64,000 nucleotides of DNA from Acidobacteriota bacterium (GTDB lineage: Bacteria; Acidobacteriota; UBA890; WLXD01), in the NCBI GenBank assembly GCA_963666215.2, contig CAXWPL010000004.1, positions 32,001 to 96,000 on the forward strand, read 5' to 3'. Within the stretch, counting starts at the first letter, position 1; the number at the start of each line of letters is the position of its first letter. The notes under the pieces are model-generated. The model was not told the DNA's origin. It saw nothing but the letters and a program-made list of their open reading frames with translations, and did not search any database. Positions 45,049-53,262 of this stretch are shown piece after piece. The translations under genes and the position numbers were made by a program.

Positions 45049-47037
45049 TCACGCCCCTCTCGACGAGTAGATCTCTTCCATCAGGTCACCATAGCGCTCC
45101 GCCACGACGCGACGCACCAGCTTCAGCGTTGGCGTGAGCTCGCCAGCTTTCACACTGAACGACTCGGGCAACAGGCGGAAGGCACGGACCTTCTCGTAGC
45201 GCGCCAGGTCGACCTGCAGTCGTTGCAGCTCCGCCAGGTAGAGCTCCTGCACGAGATCCGAGCTGCACATCGACTCACGATCGGTGGGCAGACCCAAACG
45301 ATGTGCCTCCACCCACTGCGTGAGTCGCTCGTACTCTGGCACGATGAGCGCGGCGATGAACGGCCTGCCATCACCAATCGCCATCACCTGAGAGATGAAC
45401 GGGCTCTCGCTCAGCAGACCTTCGATCTGCTGCGGACCCACGTTCTTGCCTGTGGAGGTGACGAGCAGCTCCTTCTTGCGATCGGTGATGTACAGGCAAC
45501 CGTCGGCACCCATGCGGCCCACATCGCCGGTGTGCAACCAGCCGTTCACCACGGTCGCAGCCGTCGCCTCGGGATCGTTCCAGTAACCGCGCATCACATG
45601 GGGCCCGCGGGTGAGAACCTCGCCGTCCTCGGCAATGCGCACCTCGGCATTGTCCAAGGGCGCGCCAACGCTGCCCACGCGGTTCGTGTCGACGGCATTG
45701 ACGGAGATCACCGGCGAGCTTTCCGTAAGACCGTAGCCCTGCACGAGGTTCCACCCGAAGGAGAGGAACCACCAGTTGACCGACACCGGCAGCGCCGCTC
45801 CTCCAGCGGAGATCAAGCGCAGGCGGCCGCCGAGCCCGTCGCGAACTTTCGACAGGACGAGCCGTTCGGCCAGCCGATGCGAGAAACGCAGAAACAGGCC
45901 GACCGAGCTCCCGGCGCCCGTGCCGTCTGATCCCTCTGGCCTTTCCAAGCGTCGGCGTGCGTACCGCAGGCCGCAACGCTGCGCCCAGCCGAACAGCGCA
46001 CGTTTCATCGGGCTCGCCTGGGCAGCCCGAGATTCGATCGCCTGGCGGATCTTTTCGAAGAGTCTCGGCACGCCGATCAGGATTGTCGGCTGCACCTGCC
46101 GCATGTCCGCTCCCGCTTCAGCCGGCGAGCTGTACACGACGCGCGCCCCGGCCATCAGGTAGTTGTAGTCGATCATGCGCTCGTAGACGTGGCATAGCGG
46201 CAGTACCGACATGCCGACGTCGCCGGGGAATGTCGGCACTCGCCGTTGCACGCCCTCGATGTTGGCGAGGATGTTGGCGTGGCTGAGCATCACGCCCTTC
46301 GGCGGCCCCGTGGTGCCCGACGTGTAGATGATGGTGGCGAGATCGTCGCCGCTCGGCGGCGGCTCACAGCGCACCGACCGGCTTGTCTGCGAGTCTTCCG
46401 CCGCCGGTCTTGAACGGTCGGCCAAGTCGAGAAGAGCGGCGAAGCCGATCCAGTGGCACTCGCCCGCCGCCCCCGCCTCGGCGGCCGCGTCGATCTCGAC
46501 GGTCGCCTCGATCTCGGCATCGAGCCCCGTCGAGCGCGGTGCCTCGTCCAGCTCTGGCCCTTCGCGCCGCTCTGGGTAACTCTCACCGATCGTGACCACC
46601 CACCGGACGTCACCCAGCTCTTCGCTCGCCAAAGCATCACCCAGCTTGTCGGCCTGCTCGGCTGCCTCCACAACCACAACCGTGCAGCCGCTGTTGCCAA
46701 AGCAGTACCGCAGCTGAGCCGCCGTCAGCGTGTCGAAGAGCGGCACCACGACAGCTCCCACGCGATGACAGCCGAAGTCGGTGACGTGCCACTCGGGGCG
46801 GTTGGCGCAGATCAACCCCACGCGATCACCCGTCGACACACCGAGCGTGCGTAGCCCCGCCGCACAGCGCTCGATGTCGGCCAGGAAACGCGCCGCGCTG
46901 AGAGCGTGGAACGATGCCGCCCCACCGGGCCGATAGCGCAACAGGTCCGGCAGGTCGCGCTCGCGAACAACATCTAGGATGTCGCACAGCGAGCGGGCCG
47001 GGCCGGCGCCCTGCTGATCGTCGAAGGGCTCGCTCAC
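45049..47037 (-). CDS. long-chain fatty acid--CoA ligase
   Basis: YTSGTTGPPKGV, QGYGLTE, TGDVG, ITDRKKE, GELTPTLK. Confidence 0.93.
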   Translation of the reverse strand: MSEPFDDQQGAGPARSLCDILDVVRERDLPDLLRYRPGGAASFHALSAARFLADIERCAAGLRTLGVSTGDRVGLICANRPEWHVTDFGCHRVGAVVVPLFDTLTAAQLRYCFGNSGCTVVVVEAAEQADKLGDALASEELGDVRWVVTIGESYPERREGPELDEAPRSTGLDAEIEATVEIDAAAEAGAAGECHWIGFAALLDLADRSRPAAEDSQTSRSVRCEPPPSGDDLATIIYTSGTTGPPKGVMLSHANILANIEGVQRRVPTFPGDVGMSVLPLCHVYERMIDYNYLMAGARVVYSSPAEAGADMRQVQPTILIGVPRLFEKIRQAIESRAAQASPMKRALFGWAQRCGLRYARRRLERPEGSDGTGAGSSVGLFLRFSHRLAERLVLSKVRDGLGGRLRLISAGGAALPVSVNWWFLSFGWNLVQGYGLTESSPVISVNAVDTNRVGSVGAPLDNAEVRIAEDGEVLTRGPHVMRGYWNDPEATAATVVNGWLHTGDVGRMGADGCLYITDRKKELLVTSTGKNVGPQQIEGLLSESPFISQVMAIGDGRPFIAALIVPEYERLTQWVEAHRLGLPTDRESMCSSDLVQELYLAELQRLQVDLARYEKVRAFRLLPESFSVKAGELTPTLKLVRRVVAERYGDLMEEIYSSRGA

Positions 47038-47038
47038 G

Positions 47039-47380
47039 TCAACGCAGCTCCTCGAATCCCTCCTTGGGGAAGCCGACGTAGAGCACATCGCCAACGCGCA
47101 GGGTCGGGGCCCGCAGGTTGCCGGTGGGACCGAGCATGTGTTCGAGGATGTCGCTCTTGGACGGCGACGAGCTCAGGTTGATGCGCGTGATGTTGCGCCC
47201 CTTCGCCACGATCAACCGGCGTGCGGCACGAGCCATTTCGAGCGCCTCCGCCTCGCCCAGCTTGCGTCTGGCGCTCACTTGCTCGGCCACTTGCGCCTGT
47301 TCCTGCTCGAGAAACTCCCGAGCTCGTGTGCAGGATGTTCAACCAGATCGGTGATAGTACCAATCGACTCGCAATGCCAT
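47039..47380 (-). CDS. ArsC/Spx-like thioredoxin-fold selenoprotein (UxxC), 113 aa
   Basis: MALRVDWYYHRSG-U(TGA 47341-47339)-TSCTRAREFL continues in frame to GPTGNLRAPTL..G..L.VGF; SECIS-like hairpin follows. Confidence 0.88.
47305..47323 (-). promoter_or_regulatory. SECIS-like hairpin of the ArsC-like gene
   Basis: UGA + 15 nt, then GCUCGGGA-GUU-UCUCGAGC; lower stem UCCU/AGGA. Confidence 0.7.
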
Positions 47381-47505
47381 TCGGGGTCTCCTTTTCCGAG
47401 GTGCAGACCTTACCTCCGCAGCGCCCACAATGCAGCACACCTGCCGCGAGCGGCGTGGGGTCGGCTGTGCGATCTTGCACGCATGCTCGACGAACGCGAA
47501 ATCGC

Positions 47506-48741
47506 ATGCTGAGCGCCGACAGCCCGGTGTTCGCCCCGGTACTGCTGCCCACCGATCGGCCGACGCTCGAGTCGCTCCCCGAGCTCCGGCTGCGCGCCGC
47601 GGTCCTGTCGGCGACATACGGCGTCAACCCGCGCACGCAACCACTCATCAACGACGTCCGCCGCCGGACCGATCTCCTCCTGGTCGACCCGAAGACCGCC
47701 GCGTATCAGTACGAGGGCTACATGAGCATGGAGGACTACCGCGCAGTGGCCTACAGCCCCGGCCGCAGCAGCCTCGGCACATTGTGGGAGCCGAGCCACT
47801 TCGCCACACCCGAAGCCCGAAAGAGTCTCATCGAGGCCGTATTCAGGGCTCAAATCGAGATGGAAGCCGATCTGCTCCTGGCGCCCTACTTCGCCATTCC
47901 CGACGCGTCCCACCCCTGGCTCGACGTCGCAGTGCAGACCGCGAGCGAAGCCCTAGCGCTGGCCGGTGAGGGCATCGGAGCGTCGGCGTCGACGGACGCT
48001 CTCCCCGTGGGCGCTGCGATCTGCATCGACATCGACGCGTTGCTGCGGCCAGGTGCAGTCGATGAAGTCGGCGAGCGCTTCGCCTCGCTGCCGGCGGCCT
48101 TCTACTGGGTAATGGCGACGAACTATGACGAGCGCCAGGCGTCGCCACAGGATGTACGCGCGGTCATGCAGCTGCTCGAGCGCCTGCAGCGCAACGCCAC
48201 GCCGACGTTGCTCGCCTACTGCGGCCGCAGCGGCCTCGTTGCAGTTGCTCGCGGCGCCGCCGGCTACTGCTCAGGCCTGCTCGAGCTCGAGGCTTATCCG
48301 CAACGGTATCTGCGCGAAGGCCTCATTAACCTGCACGCCAACAACTACTACCTCGAGGACTACCTCGTGCAGCTGCCGACCCGACTGGCCGACGCCGTGC
48401 TCTCCTGCGCGGGCGCGCCGCCGTGCGAATGCACCGCTTGCCAACTGCCGGGGCCGAGCTCCTCGAGTCCGCCGCTTCGACCCACTCGGATGGTGTCGCG
48501 TCGTCTCGGCGCCCACGGCCTCGTCTGCCGCCAGCGCGAGATCGCGGCGCTGGGAGCCCAACAGGTTCCACAGCGCGAGGACTACCTCAGAGGTCGCTTC
48601 GACGACGCCCTGCGGCGCTGCGCGGCGGTACAGACAACCCTGCCCGAGCTGACCAACGACGCGTTCCACTACCTGGATGTGCTGCGCGAGCTCGTCGGCG
48701 GTCCGGCGGCCTCGATACCCGACGCCGGCGCGGTGTTCTAG
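47506..48741 (+). CDS. hypothetical protein, probable TGT-like TIM barrel with CxCxxC..H zinc site
   Basis: LVDPKT, Q...ADLLLAPYF, G..GL...GAAGYCSG, YYL, CECTAC...AHGL. Confidence 0.65.
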   Translation: MLSADSPVFAPVLLPTDRPTLESLPELRLRAAVLSATYGVNPRTQPLINDVRRRTDLLLVDPKTAAYQYEGYMSMEDYRAVAYSPGRSSLGTLWEPSHFATPEARKSLIEAVFRAQIEMEADLLLAPYFAIPDASHPWLDVAVQTASEALALAGEGIGASASTDALPVGAAICIDIDALLRPGAVDEVGERFASLPAAFYWVMATNYDERQASPQDVRAVMQLLERLQRNATPTLLAYCGRSGLVAVARGAAGYCSGLLELEAYPQRYLREGLINLHANNYYLEDYLVQLPTRLADAVLSCAGAPPCECTACQLPGPSSSSPPLRPTRMVSRRLGAHGLVCRQREIAALGAQQVPQREDYLRGRFDDALRRCAAVQTTLPELTNDAFHYLDVLRELVGGPAASIPDAGAVF

Positions 48742-48781
48742 CGCCGCGACCTGGGGGGCGCCCTGAGCACCAGGGAGCGCG

Positions 48782-49417
48782 CTAGCAGTTGATCCGGCGC
48801 CTCATATCCTGTGAAACCAGCGGCCCAATCGAATCGAACGACAGCGTGAGATCGTCGCGCTTGCCGGTCTGGCAGCAGTAGACACCGCAGCACGAGAACG
48901 GTCGCGAATACACGTGCAGGCTGATGGCCCGCTCGCCCCACTCGGCCAGATTGGCGATGCGGTGCACGGACGCGCAGCGGTCGATATGGACATCGCCCGA
49001 CTCGCCACCAACCACTTCGGCACTCATCAGCTTCGGCGCGCCGCCGTCTTCTTTCCACAGAAAGTCGGCCACCTCGATGCGGCCGCGCTCGAGCGTCATC
49101 CAGCAGCGCTGGCCGGCGTGGTCGTGAACCGGTGTCAGAGCCCCGACCTGCCAGCACAGCACCATCACCTGGAAGCGCTCGTCGAGATAGACGAGGTGCC
49201 GGGTGTAGCGGTCGGGCTCCCACGATACGTGGCGCTCGAGCTCGTCAGGGCACACGCGGTTGGCGCGCACGGTTTCCATCATGAGCCGATCATCAGGATC
49301 GCGGGGCGGCAGCGCGCAGATGGCGTCGATGAACTGGCGCATGCTGACTTGCCCGTCGGACGTACTCGATCTGCTCGTCGAGCTCGATGTAGGCGATGTA
49401 TGCGGAGAGTCGCTCAT
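48782..49417 (-). CDS. cysteine dioxygenase family protein
   Basis: YTRHLV, LCW..G..TPVHDH, HRI.N, SLHVY. Confidence 0.92.
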   Translation of the reverse strand: MSDSPHTSPTSSSTSRSSTSDGQVSMRQFIDAICALPPRDPDDRLMMETVRANRVCPDELERHVSWEPDRYTRHLVYLDERFQVMVLCWQVGALTPVHDHAGQRCWMTLERGRIEVADFLWKEDGGAPKLMSAEVVGGESGDVHIDRCASVHRIANLAEWGERAISLHVYSRPFSCCGVYCCQTGKRDDLTLSFDSIGPLVSQDMRRRINC

Positions 49418-49567
49418 GACGGTTGCCCATCCCTCGACCCGACGGACTTGCCGGACTTGACGACACGGCGGCCCGTGCGGCGTCGCGCGCCACCGGGCCA
49501 CGCGGCATGGCACGATGCCCATGGGTCGTGACGGCGCCAGTGTAGCAATTCCCGTGAGGCAGACAAG

Positions 49568-50140
49568 ATGGCGTTTATCCGCATCATCGAAGAATCGGAA
49601 GCCGAGGGCGCCTTGGCGCGCGAGCACGAGATAGCTCGCAAGCGATCGGGTCGCGTCTACAACGTCCTCAAGATCCAGGGAGCGCGTCCACACGTGCTGC
49701 GTGCCAGCGTGCGTCTGTACCTCGAGATCATGTACGGCGAGTCGGCTCTGAGCCGCGCCGAGCGCGAGATGGTGGCCGTCGTTGTCTCGCAGGTGAACAG
49801 CTGCCACTACTGAGTGCGCTCCCACGCAGACGACCTCCGGGGTGAGGTCGCCAACGTCGAAACCGCCGACGAGCTCGTCGACCAGCTCGCCGCCGACTGG
49901 CGGGCCGTTTCGCGCGCTCAACTCGAGAAAATCTCTCGGCGCGCGGCCGCACTGTGTGCGCATGCTGAAAAGCTCACCCGCGCACCCGCTTCGATTACAG
50001 CGTCGGACGTCGACACGCTACGCGCCGCGGGCTGTACCGACGAGGCGGTCCACGACCTCACGCAAGTCGTCGGCTTCTTCAACCACTACAACCGGCTCGC
50101 CGACGGGCTCGGCATCGACCCCGAGCCCGACTGGGCGTAG
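49568..50140 (+). CDS. AhpD/CMD-family (peroxidase-related) selenoprotein (CxxU), 190 aa
   Basis: LSRAEREMVAVVVSQVNSCHY-U(TGA 49811-49813)-VRSH continues in frame to AEKLTRAP, FNHYNRLADGLG; SECIS-like hairpin follows. Confidence 0.9.
49831..49850 (+). promoter_or_regulatory. SECIS-like hairpin of the AhpD-like gene
   Basis: UGA + 17 nt, then CGACCUC-CGGGGU-GAGGUCG. Confidence 0.72.
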
Positions 50141-50183
50141 GAGCTGGACCGCTAACCGTCGCGCCTACTCGCAATCGCCGCGG

Positions 50184-52343
50184 CTACTGCACCCAGAGCA
50201 TCAGCTCAGCGATGAGCCGGCGGCCGATGATGTCGCCGAACACGTGCTGCAGGATCTGGTCGTCGAAGAGGTTCGTGGCGCGAACCGAGGCCTCGAGCGT
50301 GCCGTCGAGAAACAGATGGCCAATAGAGGCGTTGACGGTGGTGAACGCGTCGGTGGTGCCGTAGAAGCGCGAGTCGAGCACGTCGGTCCAGTAGGCCTCG
50401 CCGACGTAGTTGACCGAAGCGCTGTAGTAGGTGCGATCGACCCAGCCGCTCCAGGCAACATTAAAGCGGGTGGCCGGCGCGATTCCGACCTCAATCTGAG
50501 GGACCCCGGTGACCTCGGGCTCGTCCTGCCAGGAGTAGTTCACTGCCAGCTGCTGGCGGCTGAAGGGACGCGCCGTGACGCCGACTTCGATGCCCTTATT
50601 GACGGTCTCGCCGATGTTCCGGTAGCTGAACAGGTTCGGCAATAGCACCACCGGCAACACGCCCGCCGGCGGGCAGGGCGGCGACGGGGCGCCCGGCAGG
50701 ATGCACACCAACGCGGCGGGGAAACCTGGCGGCGGCGTGAAGAAGGTGTAGACCCCGGCAGGGTAGAAATCGATGTCGTCGGTTGACTCCATACGGTAGG
50801 CGGCAACGTCGACAGAGATGTCGCCGAACACACCGCGATAGCCGATCTCGAACTGATCGAGCGACTCCTCCTTCAGCTCCGGGTTGCCCACGGCTCGCGA
50901 CGCGAACACGAAAGGCCCGGTAGGCAGCGCCACCGCGTTGAAGATGGTGACGTCGAGGAAGTTGTTGATGAGCGAAGGTACCTGGTACGCGCGTCCGAAC
51001 GAGAATCGGAACACGTGGTTGCCGCTCTCGGTGGGGCGCACGAGCAACGCGCCGCGCGGCGACCAAACGGGTTGATCGAGCACGCTGAACCAGTCGACCC
51101 GGGCTCCGGCGTTGAGTGTTACATGGTCGCCGATCTGGATGGTGTGCTGGTTGAAGATGCCGCCCTCAGTGCGCGCATCCTCGCCGGGTGCAATCGACAG
51201 GTCGAACGTCAGCGAGCGGTAGTTGCCGCCATAGGTCATCGCGTCGCGGTCGTTGAACAGAAAGTTCGTGTTCGTCAGCGAGACGTTCGTCGTTGTGGTC
51301 TTGAAGTTGAAGAGCAGGCCGTTCAGCAGGTTGACGCCGTTGCCGTCGAACACGTTGACGTAAACGCGAGCGTTGAGCGCGTCGCGGTTGTAGTCGGCCT
51401 GGACGTTCCAGAAGTTGCTGCCGTCTTCGATGGTGAAGGGACCGATGCCCGTATGAATGATGCCGCCGGTACCCGCGTACCCGGCGCCGAACGAGAGGGA
51501 GGACGTCGGGCCGAGCCGCTTGTCGACGCGAATATCGAACTTCGGCTGCGCGGTGCCGCGGTTGGGGAACAGGTCACGGGGCTGGCCGCTCGGCAGCGGT
51601 CCGGGACGGTCCCATGCGTCTTGAGTGGAGTAGCCGGCGCCGGCGCGGTACGACCAGTCGTCTCGAACGCCCGAGTACAGGATGTTGCCGAAGCCCGTGC
51701 CGCGCTCGCCGCCACCGGCCTTGAGCTTGAAGGCGTTGCCCATCGAGCGCGGCGACTTGGTGATGATGTTCACCACGCCGCTCATCGCGTTCGCTCCCCA
51801 AACCGCCGAGCCAGGGCCACGAATCACCTCGATCTGCTCGATCTCGCTGAAGTCGAGCGGCAGCAAGTCCCAGGCAACGAATCCGAAGAAGTCGAGATAG
51901 GCCGAGCGTCCGTCGATGAGCACCAGCTGCTGGGCGTCGAGAGTGCCTGTGGCGGTGCGCGAGCTCAGGTTGATGTCGCGCGCGCTGGTTTGGACGACGT
52001 TCAGACCCGGGACCTCGCGCAGCAGGTCGGCGTAGTTCTTGGCCGGCGAGATTTCGATTTCCGAGGCGCCGATCACCGTCATCGCCGTTGGCGCATCGAG
52101 CAGCCGTTCCTCCGAGCGCGACGCCGTGACAACGATCACTTCCTCGTACTTCAGGGGAATCGGCTTCTTCTTCGGATCTTGACCCTGCTGGCCAGCTTGG
52201 CCTGCTTGGCCTGACTGCCCGGATTGGCCCGAGGCCCCCGACTGGCCAGAGGAAGATCCCTGAGCAGCGAACGCCGCTGGTGCGATCAACAGCGCGACGG
52301 CGAGCGTGGTGACAAGGGTGGCACCGAGGGTAGATCGCTTCAT
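50184..52343 (-). CDS. TonB-dependent receptor
   Basis: Signal peptide, EEVIVVTASR TonB box, plug LVLIDGR..IEVIRGPGSAVWGANA..GVVNIITK, C-terminal NLFD. Confidence 0.93.
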   Translation of the reverse strand: MKRSTLGATLVTTLAVALLIAPAAFAAQGSSSGQSGASGQSGQSGQAGQAGQQGQDPKKKPIPLKYEEVIVVTASRSEERLLDAPTAMTVIGASEIEISPAKNYADLLREVPGLNVVQTSARDINLSSRTATGTLDAQQLVLIDGRSAYLDFFGFVAWDLLPLDFSEIEQIEVIRGPGSAVWGANAMSGVVNIITKSPRSMGNAFKLKAGGGERGTGFGNILYSGVRDDWSYRAGAGYSTQDAWDRPGPLPSGQPRDLFPNRGTAQPKFDIRVDKRLGPTSSLSFGAGYAGTGGIIHTGIGPFTIEDGSNFWNVQADYNRDALNARVYVNVFDGNGVNLLNGLLFNFKTTTTNVSLTNTNFLFNDRDAMTYGGNYRSLTFDLSIAPGEDARTEGGIFNQHTIQIGDHVTLNAGARVDWFSVLDQPVWSPRGALLVRPTESGNHVFRFSFGRAYQVPSLINNFLDVTIFNAVALPTGPFVFASRAVGNPELKEESLDQFEIGYRGVFGDISVDVAAYRMESTDDIDFYPAGVYTFFTPPPGFPAALVCILPGAPSPPCPPAGVLPVVLLPNLFSYRNIGETVNKGIEVGVTARPFSRQQLAVNYSWQDEPEVTGVPQIEVGIAPATRFNVAWSGWVDRTYYSASVNYVGEAYWTDVLDSRFYGTTDAFTTVNASIGHLFLDGTLEASVRATNLFDDQILQHVFGDIIGRRLIAELMLWVQ

Positions 52344-52388
52344 CAAGTACGTCCTCTCAAAGGAACCTGCTGGCCCGCTCAAAGGAAC

Positions 52389-52952
52389 CTAGGTACCGCC
52401 ATCCAGACCAGTGGCGATCGTCTGCAGGAGCTCTTTGTAGTTGGCAATATCGGCGCTGGAGATGTCGGCGATTCGCCTAAAGACGCCGCCAGCGTCACGA
52501 TAGTAGAGATCGGAGATCTCCGCGCCAGAGTCGGTCAACATCGGCTGCCCGAGCCCGTTCCAGCCGTAGTCGGTGGCGCGCACGGTCATCAAGGCGTTCC
52601 GCATGAAGACCTTGTAGGCCGCTTCGGTGTCGCCTCCCTCGAGATGAGTGTAGAACTCGTCGATCGACGAGCCTCGAATCGAGCCGCGCTCGAGGAAGAA
52701 GTAGAGCGGCGTTGTGGTGTCGATTGCCAGCACGATGCTCCGGGACCCTGGGAGAGGCATCACGAAGCGAGTCGACCCTGAGCTCGCCATTGCGTCGCGA
52801 ATGCGACCGAGGAGCGCGTCAACCTCGGCGTCTTGCGCGGCGCTCGCGGCGGTGATCGCCGGACCTGCCAGCACGAACGAACCGAGCGCGACCACCAGAC
52901 CAACCAGAGCCGCGCTTCGTGACCACTGCGACCTATTAGCCGAATAACTCAC
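52389..52952 (-). CDS. exported hypothetical protein
   Basis: GGAG RBS before GTG 52952; hydrophobic signal ending AAS-AAQ; upstream of the TonB receptor on the same strand. Confidence 0.65.
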   Translation of the reverse strand: MSYSANRSQWSRSAALVGLVVALGSFVLAGPAITAASAAQDAEVDALLGRIRDAMASSGSTRFVMPLPGSRSIVLAIDTTTPLYFFLERGSIRGSSIDEFYTHLEGGDTEAAYKVFMRNALMTVRATDYGWNGLGQPMLTDSGAEISDLYYRDAGGVFRRIADISSADIANYKELLQTIATGLDGGT

Positions 52953-53262
52953 TGTTGTTACTCCGTCAGAAACCGCCGTGGGCGTAAGGGATGCGCGCGT
53001 TGCCATAGCGTTTGTGGTGGGCGGTCTCTCCCGCAGGCACCTGCGTGTCTCAGGCTCGGCAGCTCTCTCGCAAACGCGCCCCACGGTAGCAAAGCGCGGT
53101 GTTGTGCACAACGGTACAAGGGTCGCACGGGACACTACAGCACCGCCAGTCGACCCGAGCGAAGGCCGCCCGAGCTCCGGTCCACTAAAATGACCTGGTA
53201 GGCGCTCGCTGGCGTGTCGTCGTCCCCCGGTGCCTTCTGCAACCTTTCGTTTTATGGCCCAA

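Noticed and set aside
49418-49963. N-terminal extension of the CDO ORF
   Set aside because: Antisense to the AhpD-like selenoprotein gene
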